Shown here: positions 1 to 8,641 of the stretch, one piece after another
Position numbering within the stretch: the first letter of the stretch is position 1
Layout of the letters: each line of letters starts with the position of its first letter
From: a virus
DNA length: 40,848 bases
IMG/VR virus record: IMGVR_UViG_3300043609_000024
Direction: 5' to 3' (one strand)
Program-made: the position numbers and the translations under genes
The notes under the pieces: model-generated
What the model saw: only the letters and a program-made list of their open reading frames with translations
What the model was told of the DNA's origin: nothing
Databases searched by the model: none

Positions 1-127
1 CCGGGCGTCAGTTCTCGCCCGAGCTTGTTCGCCACCTGATCGGCTTCATTTTGCAGCTTGAGCGCGGCGATGCGTTCGTTTTCCTTGCCGTTGAAAATGT
101 CGCCTTTCCCACCCAGCCGTTTGAATT
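1..127. repeat. Terminal overlap: bases 1-127 are identical to 40722-40848 (circular-assembly overlap)
   Basis: Base-by-base comparison of the two window ends. The overlap lies inside an ORF and preserves its reading frame. Confidence 0.95.
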
Positions 128-317
128 CATCGTCCGAAAGCTGGTACAGGCCCTTGTACTTTCCGGTGCGTGCGTTCGGGTTGCCGCCGCTCTCGATCCC
201 CCGGATAGACCGCATCAGTTCAGGCGTGATCCTCGTGCGTATGCGCGGCTTGTCGGACGGCAACTCGTACTGTCCACCTTCCTTCGGCACGCTGCTGAAC
301 ATGATGGATTTCGCCAT
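1..317 (-). CDS. N-terminal part of a ~330-aa virion-associated lytic transglycosylase-like protein. The gene wraps the circular junction and continues at 40721 down to 40046.
   Basis: ATG at 317 with GGAGG about 10 nt upstream. Hand translation gives MAKSIMFSSVPKEGGQYELPSDKPRIRTRITPELMRSIRGIESGGNPNARTGKYKGLYQLSDDEFKRLGG... with an E-S...GLYQ pair like the SLT catalytic region. The frame is continuous with ORF 40046..40756 through the overlap. Confidence 0.8.
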   Translation of the reverse strand, partial: MAKSIMFSSVPKEGGQYELPSDKPRIRTRITPELMRSIRGIESGGNPNARTGKYKGLYQLSDDEFKRLGGKGDIFNGKENERIAALKLQNEADQVANKLGRELTP

Positions 318-320
318 GGG

Positions 321-692
321 TCAGCCGCCTCCACGTGCCGGATTGTAGTCGCCAAGCATGGCAGACGGGCCACCGGCCTGCGGCGGTGCTGCCGCAGGGC
401 GTGCAAGAGCCCTCGCCAGTTCGTCACGCAGGACCTGAACCGCCGCGTCGCTGCTGCTGCTCTGCTGCATGTCGCCGCTGGGGGCTTCGTATTGCAGCAT
501 CTCGGGCCGCAGCCCCGTCGCCATCGGGTTACGGCCCTCGGGCGCGAGGTCTGGCAGAAAGCTCTGGAATTTCCCATACTCGAACGGGTTGCCAACCGTG
601 CTGTCCGCGCCAGCAATCGGCAGTCCCGGCATCGCCGGGCCTACCACTGACTGTATCGGGCCGCCATATCCGCCGCCGCCACTCGAACCCAT
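321..692 (-). CDS. Gly/Pro-rich small virion (ejection-module) protein, function unknown
   Basis: Internal ATG at 692 is preceded by GAGGAG and lies 11 nt after the stop of the upstream gene (703). The longer 737 start would overlap that gene. The protein begins MGSSGGGGYGGP... Confidence 0.6.
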   Translation of the reverse strand: MGSSGGGGYGGPIQSVVGPAMPGLPIAGADSTVGNPFEYGKFQSFLPDLAPEGRNPMATGLRPEMLQYEAPSGDMQQSSSSDAAVQVLRDELARALARPAAAPPQAGGPSAMLGDYNPARGGG

Positions 693-702
693 CTCATTCT
701 CC

Positions 703-1632
703 TCACGGCATCGGGGCCATCTTCGCAAGACCGCCAATCATGCTGAAGATGCCCGCGTTGGTCTGCGCCGCCGCTGCGCTCTCGGCTTTGTAGTTGTCGC
801 TGATGTACTGGCCAATGTTTGGCGACTGGATCGGCGAGCCTTGGAATGGCTGGAATTGCGGAACGGTCGCCTGACCGCCAGACATCAAGGCGGTGATCTC
901 GTTGATCGGTTGGTTACGCATCGCCATGGTCTCTTGCGCCTGACTGCCGCGCATCGCGTTGTAGTATTCGGCCAGCGACTTATCCATGTTGTAGCGGCCG
1001 GTGGACACGTCGTTGTAGGCGGCTTGGGCCCTGCGACTTTCATCGCCCGATGTGATGTAGGCTTTACGGGCGGCCTCGCCGCGCGCATCCAGCACTTCCC
1101 GCTGATAGTTGCCGTAGCCTTTGCCGCCGGGGGACAGGCCCCGGGCCGCCATCAGGGCCTCCTGCGACTTGTTGGCCGCGCCCTGACTGCGGTCGTAGCT
1201 CTCCATCATCGCTTTTTCGATACCGGCGCGATCCGTCGGGCCCTGATCCTGTCGCAGCCCTTGCGTATTGAGTTGGTTCTGCCACGGCGTCCACTGGCTG
1301 GTGTCGATACTCTGCCCGAGATGCTCGCGCAGCTTTGCCGACTGCTCGACACCAGCAGTGCCCATGTTGTATTTGGTCTGGGTTTCGAGCCCTTGCAGCT
1401 TCTGTTGATCCGGCGAGAGCGCGGTGGTGCGCTCATAGCGCGGCGCGTAGCCGCTGATCTGGCCGTTGGTGTAGATCGGGACTTGCTCGATAGGCCGGTA
1501 GCTCACCGTGCCGTAGGGATTGACCTCGTTGACGTTGCTCGCAACCGTATTGTACTGGCTCGACGCCATATTCTGCTGGCCTTGGGCAGCAGCCGTCGCA
1601 TAGGGGTTCGGGGGGTCCGGTTGAGATACCAT
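703..1632 (-). CDS. Internal virion / ejection protein candidate (309 aa, Q/N/G-rich)
   Basis: Long ORF in the structural operon. Its ATG shares one base with the upstream stop (TGATG). Its position after the tail-tube-like gene matches T7 gp13-16 order. No recognisable motif. Confidence 0.6.
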   Translation of the reverse strand: MVSQPDPPNPYATAAAQGQQNMASSQYNTVASNVNEVNPYGTVSYRPIEQVPIYTNGQISGYAPRYERTTALSPDQQKLQGLETQTKYNMGTAGVEQSAKLREHLGQSIDTSQWTPWQNQLNTQGLRQDQGPTDRAGIEKAMMESYDRSQGAANKSQEALMAARGLSPGGKGYGNYQREVLDARGEAARKAYITSGDESRRAQAAYNDVSTGRYNMDKSLAEYYNAMRGSQAQETMAMRNQPINEITALMSGGQATVPQFQPFQGSPIQSPNIGQYISDNYKAESAAAAQTNAGIFSMIGGLAKMAPMP

Positions 1633-2123
1633 CAGTGTACTCGCTCGTAGACGTCGGCAGACAACGTCGGGTTGGCGATCACGGTCGGGCCCTTGTAGCC
1701 CGGCAGATATTTGCAGTCGTCCTTCAGCATGCCGTAGACGAGGGTGTCGCGGGAGCCTTCGAGCCCCAGACGGCGATAGCCCTCGTAGACGAAGCCCAGC
1801 CGCTGCACCTGCCGCAGCGCCCGGCGATTGTCCGGCTCGACTTCGGCAGTCAGTCGCCGCGCGTTGGTAAATGCCGCCGTGAAGATCGCGCGCAGCACCC
1901 GCCGCGACATGCAGCGCGGGTCAAGAACCATGATCGTCACCCGGCCCTCGAACCAGAACGGAAACTCGATGGCGAAGATGCCCGCTATATGCCCTTGGTC
2001 ATTACGGGCCCATGCCGAAAACCAGCGCGGGGCCTTGAAGTCGCAATGACTGAAGTCCACGCGCAGGTGCTTGGTGAGCATCGACTGCGCGTCCGGGGGG
2101 AGGTTGCCGAATTTCACGATCAC
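1632..2123 (-). CDS. GNAT-family N-acetyltransferase (163 aa)
   Basis: GTG start at 2123 is preceded by AAGGAGG with a 6-nt spacer and overlaps the upstream stop as GTGA. The sequence ...MVLDPRCMSRRVLRAIFTAAFTNARRLTAEVEPDNRRALRQVQRLGFVYEGYRR... resembles the GNAT acetyl-CoA-binding core (motifs A/B). Confidence 0.65.
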   Translation of the reverse strand: MIVKFGNLPPDAQSMLTKHLRVDFSHCDFKAPRWFSAWARNDQGHIAGIFAIEFPFWFEGRVTIMVLDPRCMSRRVLRAIFTAAFTNARRLTAEVEPDNRRALRQVQRLGFVYEGYRRLGLEGSRDTLVYGMLKDDCKYLPGYKGPTVIANPTLSADVYERVH

Positions 2124-3712
2124 AGCAGCCCTCCTTGCTCGTAGATCACATCGATCCCGGTGATGGCGTAGGTGCAGCCCAAGACGCTGGCGCGGAGGCG
2201 CGGGGCCCCGACGCGCCCGAGGCCCGTGACGCCCTGCCAGTGTTTGCGGGCAATCGGGTCGGAGTTCCAGTAATCCACGTCCCACGTCGCGACGTCCCAC
2301 ACCGCGCCGCCGAACGGCCCGTCATCCGTTTCAGGCTGGTTGATCGGCAGGGTGTTATTGTAGTCCACCTGCATGTCGATGAAAGGCCGCACCAGACCGT
2401 CGCTGATGGTGTAGAGCTTGACCAGCTTGAAGTCCTTTATCGACACGCTCTTGTAGCTCGACCACGCAAATTGCAGATCGACCTCGATGGCCTTACCATT
2501 GTCGCTGAGATACTCGGTGCCGCCGCGATAGATGCCGCCCGTGTCGTCGCCGAAATAAGTGTGGTTGTCGAGCCAGCCCCAGCAGCGCGACGGGACACCG
2601 GTCCACTTGGTCCAGACTTGCGACGGCATCTTCCGCACCATCTGCTGGTAGCCGCCGTTGTTCAGCGGCAGGTTACAGATCGCGTGCCCGGTGTGGCCGT
2701 TGAGGATGACCTGCCAGCCGAAATCGGGGCGGTTGTTCTTCGCGACGCGCTCGAACTCGTCCATCACGTTCATGTCGGACAGGCCGAGGTTCTCGGTCTC
2801 GGCGCGGATCAGCGTCGTCATCGGCACGAGGCCCGTCGAGATCATGACGTAGAGATCGCCGCCGAAATTGATCAGGCTGTTCTTGGACATCGGCGCGTCG
2901 AAGCGGAAGATGCCGACGAGCTTGAAATCGCTCTCAGGGTCCACGCCTGAGTAGATCGCGACTTCGCCGTTGCTTGAGAAGATCGCCAGCGCGTCGTCAA
3001 GACCGGTGCCGCCGTCGATGGACCATGTGGCGATGGCTTGAATGTGCCCGCCGCGCTTGAACAGCACGTCAAGCGGAAACAACTCCACCGCGCCGCTCTT
3101 CTGCTGAAGCGGCAGATAGTAGATCGCGAGGTTTTCACTGTCGGCGAACCAGAGCCGGTTCATGTGCGACAGCACCTTGTCGAACTTCAGCGGGTTGATC
3201 CACGTCTCCACGCCTACCGTAATGGGCTCCTGCCGGAAGACGGTGCCGTCCCACGAATTGACGCCGTCAAAACCGTTGCACAGGATCGTGTAATCCGCCG
3301 TGGACAGGTTACTGAATGTCGTCCACGCCCAGTCGTCGCCGTTAACGTCGTAGCCAGCAGCAACCTGACCCCCGACAAGGTCATACAGTTTGCCGCCGGA
3401 CGCTGCGGCGAGCCGGGGGATGACGTTGTTCCCGTAGTAGGGGATAAGCGTCGAGATCGGCGTATTGGACGCGAGTTGCGCTATCTTGGTGTAACCGGGC
3501 CGCACGCTGATGCGGTCGTCCAGCACGATCCAGTTGGTCAGGACCGAGGCCAGCAACGGGTCGGTCTCGCGCAGCGCGGCCGAGCGCGACAGCCCTTTCA
3601 AGGGCGCGCTTAGGTGCGCGACCTTGGCGGCGGGGCGGCCCCTGTTGAGCAGCCGCGTCGGCGTGCCGCGCCGGTTCTTGAGGGGGAGCATTCCTGCGGG
3701 AAACATCTTCAT
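2120..3712 (-). CDS. Large virion structural protein, tail tube/nozzle candidate (530 aa)
   Basis: ATGA overlap with the upstream gene. Size and position follow capsid and adaptor-size genes as for T7 gp12-like proteins. Beta-rich, W/G/D-rich composition. No diagnostic motif. Confidence 0.5.
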   Translation of the reverse strand: MKMFPAGMLPLKNRRGTPTRLLNRGRPAAKVAHLSAPLKGLSRSAALRETDPLLASVLTNWIVLDDRISVRPGYTKIAQLASNTPISTLIPYYGNNVIPRLAAASGGKLYDLVGGQVAAGYDVNGDDWAWTTFSNLSTADYTILCNGFDGVNSWDGTVFRQEPITVGVETWINPLKFDKVLSHMNRLWFADSENLAIYYLPLQQKSGAVELFPLDVLFKRGGHIQAIATWSIDGGTGLDDALAIFSSNGEVAIYSGVDPESDFKLVGIFRFDAPMSKNSLINFGGDLYVMISTGLVPMTTLIRAETENLGLSDMNVMDEFERVAKNNRPDFGWQVILNGHTGHAICNLPLNNGGYQQMVRKMPSQVWTKWTGVPSRCWGWLDNHTYFGDDTGGIYRGGTEYLSDNGKAIEVDLQFAWSSYKSVSIKDFKLVKLYTISDGLVRPFIDMQVDYNNTLPINQPETDDGPFGGAVWDVATWDVDYWNSDPIARKHWQGVTGLGRVGAPRLRASVLGCTYAITGIDVIYEQGGLL

Positions 3713-4131
3713 TGGATGCGCCCCGGGTCTTCGTTGAGGTCGATCACGGGGGCGTTACGCCCCGCGATCTTGTTGAGCCTCGTGATGAAGTCGCGCTGCT
3801 CCTCGCCGTATTCGAGCCCCTTGGCTTTGAGGAAGCGGTATTTGAGGCCGTTCACCGCAAGCCTCGGGTCGAATAGCAACAGGTCGTCGTCCGCCGTGGG
3901 CCGGTCCTTCCTGACGGTCCCGGTGCTGTCGGAGAGCCAGTTGCCGTCGCCGAGGACATCGCGGAACGGCGGATCGAGCATCAACTCGTCGGCGACGTTG
4001 CTCAGCAGCGCCAGCATCTGCGCGATGTCCTGATCCGCCGTGTTCATCACCAGCGTCACGGGCCGCTGAATGAGCCCGATCTCCAGCGAGGCGTCGGAGA
4101 TAGCGGAGGCAATGGTGGCCAGTCTCGGCAT
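3709..4131 (-). CDS. Head-tail joining / adaptor candidate (140 aa)
   Basis: Translationally coupled ORF (TAATG) between the capsid and tail genes. Functional call is from position only. Confidence 0.45.
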   Translation of the reverse strand: MPRLATIASAISDASLEIGLIQRPVTLVMNTADQDIAQMLALLSNVADELMLDPPFRDVLGDGNWLSDSTGTVRKDRPTADDDLLLFDPRLAVNGLKYRFLKAKGLEYGEEQRDFITRLNKIAGRNAPVIDLNEDPGRIQ

Positions 4132-4682
4132 TATACGGCGACCTTCATCCTGAGGGTGTCGATCAGGGTCTTCTGCGCGGCGATGGTGGTCATCGCCTCG
4201 GTGTGCTGTTCCTTCACTGCGTCAAGTTCGCCCTGAAGGCGGTTGACGATCTCCTCGTATTGTCCAGCCTTGCCGTGCATCTCGATCATCTTGACGGCGC
4301 GATCCGCGAGTTCGAGAACATCCGGCGGCACGGTCTTGACGGCTTCGCTGCGGCGCTTGCCGCTCACGACCTGCGCCAACTGTTCCACAGTATGAATATC
4401 TCGTATCGCACACATCTGGAAAATATGCGGCGCGCATGCGGGCCACAGCGCCAGCGGGTAGCCGACAATCCGCTTACGACCCTCGCAGGTTTTCTGGTAA
4501 AGCTCATAGGGCCCGGGATGATCGACGAAGTCGGCTTCTTCGGCTTCGCGCTCCAGCGACAGAAAAGGCGGGCGGTCCATTCGCACGCGAATGACCTCGC
4601 GGTACAGCGGCAGCCCGTCGGGGCCCTCGCCATCACGCTCCCAGCCAGAGAAGAACCGCACCAAAGTTGGGGTATCAGACAT
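4131..4682 (-). CDS. Hypothetical virion-module protein (183 aa) with C-terminal coiled coil
   Basis: ATG at 4682 has GGAG 5 nt upstream. It is the first gene after the capsid terminator. C-terminal heptad-like sequence: QGELDAVKEQHTEAMTTIAAQKTLIDTLRMK. Confidence 0.55.
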   Translation of the reverse strand: MSDTPTLVRFFSGWERDGEGPDGLPLYREVIRVRMDRPPFLSLEREAEEADFVDHPGPYELYQKTCEGRKRIVGYPLALWPACAPHIFQMCAIRDIHTVEQLAQVVSGKRRSEAVKTVPPDVLELADRAVKMIEMHGKAGQYEEIVNRLQGELDAVKEQHTEAMTTIAAQKTLIDTLRMKVAV

Positions 4683-4705
4683 GCTCGCTCCATCGGGGAG
4701 CGCGG

Positions 4706-4744
4706 GGAAAACGGCGACCGCGCTCCCCGCAGACGGTCGCCGTT
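4706..4744 (-). terminator. Intrinsic-terminator-like hairpin just downstream of the major capsid gene
   Basis: The minus-sense RNA reads AACGGCGACCG-N13-CGGUCGCCGUU followed by UUUU(CCCC). The stem is 11 bp perfect (4734-4744 pairing with 4710-4720). It begins 8 nt after the capsid stop. Confidence 0.5.
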
Positions 4745-4751
4745 ATGTAGG

Positions 4752-5705
4752 TCAGGTACCCGTTGCCGTGAGCCTGCCCTGCATCGAACGATTGGATAGC
4801 GTGAGCGCGCCCATAAAGGCGAGATGCTTGGTCACGGCGTCCATATCGGGCGACTGGTCCGGCAGATCGAGGGCTTCGAAATTCCTGCCAGAGTAAATCT
4901 CGAATTTCATGTATTTGGTATTCAGGAAGTAGGCCCCGGTGATGCCGGTCGCCGCACCGTCGAACACCAGCGGTGCGCTTTTGTACTTCAGCGTCTCGAA
5001 GCCGAGGCTGCCGAGTTTGGCGTCGGCATAACGCTGGTTCTCCTGCAAGCCACTCTCGTAGGTGCCATAGATTTCGGCGTCGGCGACGATCAGGTCGGGT
5101 TTCTCGGCACCACGGATCAGCTTCATCCAGAGCGCGTTCATCGCGGCCTTGAGGGCCGGGTACTGCAGGCCCGTGGCGCGCGTCACGACTTGGAACTGGT
5201 TCTTCCAGAAGGTCCACGTCGCAGCATCGATGCCCCCGATCAGACCGAGGCCGTCGGGCGTGACCATGCCTTTGAGGCCGACGAAGCTCTTCGCCACCGT
5301 ACCGTCGCCATAGACAGCCTTGGTGATGTTGTTCTTCATGGTGGCTTCGGCGTTGTCGAGCTTGCCTTCCAAGAGGTTCAAAATCCGCTCGCGGGACCTG
5401 TTCTTCGCCAGATCAGGCCCCGAGAGGGTCACTGAGGCCACGGCGTTCGCCGGGTCGTAGTGAGCCTCGGAGATGGTCTCTTTCGTGGCTCGCGAGAGCA
5501 ACTCGGTCCCGAGATACCACGCAAAGGTTTCCTCGGCGTAGGTCAGCGGGCAGGCAATGGACCTGCCGCCCTCGATGACGCGGACGCGGTTGCCTTCGCG
5601 TAAGAGGGCCGTGACTGCATTGGAGTTCGAGACGTTATCGGCAAACTGCTTGTGGTAATTGTTGAGCGTGGTCGCGACGAGTTGGGTGACGGTAGGTTCG
5701 GCCAT
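4752..5705 (-). CDS. Major capsid protein (317 aa)
   Basis: Size, position directly after the scaffold-like gene, a strong downstream hairpin, and typical coat-protein composition. No shared motif checked by search. Confidence 0.75.
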   Translation of the reverse strand: MAEPTVTQLVATTLNNYHKQFADNVSNSNAVTALLREGNRVRVIEGGRSIACPLTYAEETFAWYLGTELLSRATKETISEAHYDPANAVASVTLSGPDLAKNRSRERILNLLEGKLDNAEATMKNNITKAVYGDGTVAKSFVGLKGMVTPDGLGLIGGIDAATWTFWKNQFQVVTRATGLQYPALKAAMNALWMKLIRGAEKPDLIVADAEIYGTYESGLQENQRYADAKLGSLGFETLKYKSAPLVFDGAATGITGAYFLNTKYMKFEIYSGRNFEALDLPDQSPDMDAVTKHLAFMGALTLSNRSMQGRLTATGT

Positions 5706-5722
5706 GTTGGCTCCCCATGAGA

Positions 5723-6928
5723 TCAGAAGCCGACTTCATCAGCAGAGCGCTCGATTGCATCTCGCATACCCCCCTTCGAGGCTCCGTTCGCTTGGTCGGG
5801 CCTTGCGACGGGAGCCGTGAGCCCCCGCGTATTGCCGCGCTGTGCGAGACGAGCCCTTGCGACGTCATGTTGCGACTGCTCGCGGTGCCTTTCGGCGGCG
5901 AGCATGTGCTTCCGGACTTCAGGGTGAGCCCAGCAGGCAGCATCGTAGGTATCAGCCAAATTCCGTTCCGGATTGGCCTTGAACATGTCGAGGATAAGCG
6001 GCAGCACGGTGTTGAAGTAGGGACGCAACGGCTGGCCGTCTTTCCCCTTCTCGTCCGCGAAACCATCGACCCCCTGCTTGGCATGTTGTACCTGCATCTG
6101 CTCGCGAGCTTGTTGCTCGCGTTGTTCTCTCTGCTGTAACTGCCCCTCTAGGGCAACGAGTTTGCTTTGCGTCTTGCCGAGGTGATCGGCGATGAACTTG
6201 ACTGCCGGGTCCTTGAGGTCCTCCTCGGAGAGACCCGTCGAATTCGGCGGCGGATTGGTGAAGGCAGAGAAAATGCGCGCTGGGTCCAGACCCATGCGTT
6301 GCGTCAGGTCCACCAGCAGCTTGAATTTATCCTCTTGATTTTCCGAACTCCCCATGCGGTGCCAGTTGGCCCATTCATGGATCGCTTGGACAGGATTAAC
6401 TCCGGCTGCCTGCAGCGACTTCGCGATTTGCGGGTCGCGGAAGACTGGCGCAAGCGCGTTCGTGAACTGGACTGCTCCCGCACTCGCTTGAGATTTGCGC
6501 GTGAACTCGGCTTCCATATCGCCGTGACGCTTGAGGAGAAACGCTTGCCCCTCTTGCGGCAGCTTGGCGAAGGTCGCCTTGTCTTCCGCGCTCCAATGCT
6601 CCGGTACCTGATTGCTTTTCACCGCCGGGGGTGCGGTAGCTGGATCAGCAGTCGGTCGCTCTGGGGTAGCCTGAATTGGTTTCTTCGGGGCTGGATCGAG
6701 AGGCTCGATTGCTTCGCCCGGCTGGGGCCCCTCTGATTTGGACACCCAACGCCCACTTTTATCGCGCGGTCTTTCGTCCGTGGCAAGGGTTTCTTCGACA
6801 GCCCCTTCCGTTTCGGGGCCCGGGCCCTCGGCGGGGATGTCGGCCTCGGCATTGGTTTCGAGGTCGTCGTAAGCCTGTTCAGCTATATCCCTAAGTGAGG
6901 GAGGTGCTGCGTTGTTTTCGCCTGCCAT
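5723..6928 (-). CDS. Scaffolding protein candidate (~401 aa, acidic and coiled-coil-rich)
   Basis: Lies between the portal region and the capsid gene. ATG at 6928 is preceded by AGGAAA with a 7-nt spacer. Contains the Q/E-rich coiled coil LVALEGQLQQREQREQQAREQMQVQ. The GTG at 6961 is an alternative start. Confidence 0.55.
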   Translation of the reverse strand: MAGENNAAPPSLRDIAEQAYDDLETNAEADIPAEGPGPETEGAVEETLATDERPRDKSGRWVSKSEGPQPGEAIEPLDPAPKKPIQATPERPTADPATAPPAVKSNQVPEHWSAEDKATFAKLPQEGQAFLLKRHGDMEAEFTRKSQASAGAVQFTNALAPVFRDPQIAKSLQAAGVNPVQAIHEWANWHRMGSSENQEDKFKLLVDLTQRMGLDPARIFSAFTNPPPNSTGLSEEDLKDPAVKFIADHLGKTQSKLVALEGQLQQREQREQQAREQMQVQHAKQGVDGFADEKGKDGQPLRPYFNTVLPLILDMFKANPERNLADTYDAACWAHPEVRKHMLAAERHREQSQHDVARARLAQRGNTRGLTAPVARPDQANGASKGGMRDAIERSADEVGF

Positions 6929-7160
6929 CTCGTGCTTTCCTGAATGACGCGGGGGTATCACGCGGGTCGTAGCTGCCGGAATTGTGAAGATCGCGGTCGC
7001 GCTGGCGGTGCGACGAGATCGTGGTGTCGTCGATGGGGCTTGGATAGGCCGCGAACGACTGCACGGCAGGCGCTGGCAGGTCCGAGGCGGGGCCCCGGTA
7101 TTCCGCAGGCTTGTCCCGCTTGTCGATCAGGCGGCCCTTATAGAGGACATAGACCGGCAT
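6891..7160 (-). CDS. Hypothetical protein (89 aa)
   Basis: ORF in the operon frame series. Its start is 2 nt after the upstream stop. Its 3' end overlaps the scaffold start by about 38 nt. Confidence 0.4.
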   Translation of the reverse strand: MPVYVLYKGRLIDKRDKPAEYRGPASDLPAPAVQSFAAYPSPIDDTTISSHRQRDRDLHNSGSYDPRDTPASFRKARDGRRKQRSTSLT

Positions 7161-7161
7161 C

Positions 7162-7431
7162 TCAGCCCCCTTCGATGATCGACGCCGCCGCCCACATCCG
7201 GGTCTGGTCCAGCGCCTCGAAGGCCAGCGCCATGTGGCGGTTGCCCGGCAGCGAGCCCTCGGTGGTGCCGTCGAGTTCGTGAAGCGCGAGGCGGAACGCG
7301 TGTTCCGCCTCCTTGAGCTTCTTCAGGCGTTGAGTGACAACCGGCGGCAGGGCGTGGCCGGTCCACGGGTCTACCGGGACGCCAAGTCCCGGTAGATGCA
7401 TCTGGTCGTTGGGTCTGGCGGAGCCGCTCAT
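7162..7431 (-). CDS. Hypothetical protein (89 aa)
   Basis: ORF overlapping the upstream stop by 4 nt. Helical C-terminal half: RHMALAFEALDQTRMWAAASIIEGG. Confidence 0.5.
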   Translation of the reverse strand: MSGSARPNDQMHLPGLGVPVDPWTGHALPPVVTQRLKKLKEAEHAFRLALHELDGTTEGSLPGNRHMALAFEALDQTRMWAAASIIEGG

Positions 7432-8039
7432 GTGTAGGTAAAGTTGTCGCTGAAGCCGCTGGTCGAACTAGCGCCTTTCGGCGTCGTTACGACCACATCG
7501 ACCACCCCGACAGCGTGCGCCGGGCTAGTCACCGTGATGGTGTTGGCGTTCACCACGACCCTTGCGGTCCCCGCCGTGCCGCCAAACGTCACGTTGGTGG
7601 CTCCGGTGAAGCCGTTGCCGGAGATCGTGACGGCGGTGCCGCCCGCAGCTAAACCCGTGGCCGGGCTCACGCTTGCCACCGACGGCGGCGACGTGCTGTC
7701 CGGGTAAGGTTGTCGCGGCTGGATGGCCCCGTTGCGGTAGGTACTGCCGCTATAGGTCCCGTAGTCTTTCCCGATGTCGGCCAGCGGGGTGAGCTTCGGC
7801 ACCATGTTCTTGCCCTTGCCCTCCTGATGCTGCGGGTCGTAGTCCGTTGCGGTGAAGGCGGAGTGGCTGTTGGCGATGGCCTGCGTGGCTTCGGCAATGT
7901 CCACATCCTGACCGAAATCGCCGCCGTGCCAGTCGGCGGCGACATTCGGTGCGCTGTCGTAGCGCGGCTTGCCCTCATGGGCGGCGTTGGCTTTCGCCAG
8001 CATCGCCGCCGTGAGGGGGAGAGGCAGTTTCTGCGTCAT
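7428..8039 (-). CDS. Ig-like (IPT/TIG) domain protein, head decoration/fibre candidate (203 aa)
   Basis: The C-terminal ~85 aa are PSVASVSPATGLAAGGTAVTISGNGFTGATNVTFGGTAGTARVVVNANTITVTSPAHAVGVVDVVVTTPKGASSTSGFSDNFTYT. This follows the IPT/TIG pattern (sisP..G...GGT.vTI.G.gF....V.FGg...tP...G.V.V.V...F.Y). Confidence 0.7.
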   Translation of the reverse strand: MTQKLPLPLTAAMLAKANAAHEGKPRYDSAPNVAADWHGGDFGQDVDIAEATQAIANSHSAFTATDYDPQHQEGKGKNMVPKLTPLADIGKDYGTYSGSTYRNGAIQPRQPYPDSTSPPSVASVSPATGLAAGGTAVTISGNGFTGATNVTFGGTAGTARVVVNANTITVTSPAHAVGVVDVVVTTPKGASSTSGFSDNFTYT

Positions 8040-8626
8040 CGCGTCGGGTCCTCCGCATACTGGTCGGGCATGTCACGGGCCTCGTCGTAGCGGGCGTCTT
8101 TCGCAACCGGAGCATCGGCCTCGTCGCCGTGCCAGATGCCCTGCGAAAGGGTAGTTTCTTCACGCGACGGCGGCGGGTTGCCGGTGGGATACGGCGTCCG
8201 GGGGCCGATGCCGAGGTCTTCGATGGTCTCGACAGGGCCCGTGGTGACGGCGGAGGGCGTGACGGGGCCGACGCCCGCATTCGGACCACCGGCAGCCGCT
8301 TCCTTTTCCTGCTCGGTCAGGAGTTCGGCGGGCGGCACGGTGATGCCTTCAGCAACCGGGCGCGGGCTGGGATCGCCCGTGTAGGCAGGGGTGATGTTCG
8401 CCGGATGATCCGGGTCCTGATCGCGGTTATGGATCGTGTTCGGCGTATTCGGCTGCTTGTGCGGCGGCGGCGAGTTCTTCGGCTCGTTCGGGTCTTCGTT
8501 CGGGTCCTTGGGGATGCCCGCGAGTTCGGGCTTGTCCTTGGGGTCTTTTTCCGGCGTGCCGGGGGTATTGCCGGGGCCAGATTTTCCGGATGGTCCCGGC
8601 AGGTTATTGCTTTGGTTCTGAGCCAT
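8036..8626 (-). CDS. Proline-rich, probably disordered protein (196 aa)
   Basis: ORF coupled to the downstream gene by a 4-nt overlap. P/N/D/E/K-rich low complexity. Coding status supported mainly by operon context. Confidence 0.5.
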   Translation of the reverse strand: MAQNQSNNLPGPSGKSGPGNTPGTPEKDPKDKPELAGIPKDPNEDPNEPKNSPPPHKQPNTPNTIHNRDQDPDHPANITPAYTGDPSPRPVAEGITVPPAELLTEQEKEAAAGGPNAGVGPVTPSAVTTGPVETIEDLGIGPRTPYPTGNPPPSREETTLSQGIWHGDEADAPVAKDARYDEARDMPDQYAEDPTR

Positions 8627-8641
8627 ATCGCTCTCCTTGGG

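Noticed and set aside
1-127. The 127-bp end repeat as a biological direct terminal repeat or LTR-like element
   Set aside because: It sits in the middle of an ORF that reads through in frame, and its length equals a commonly used assembler k-mer. An assembly overlap of a circular contig is the simpler explanation.
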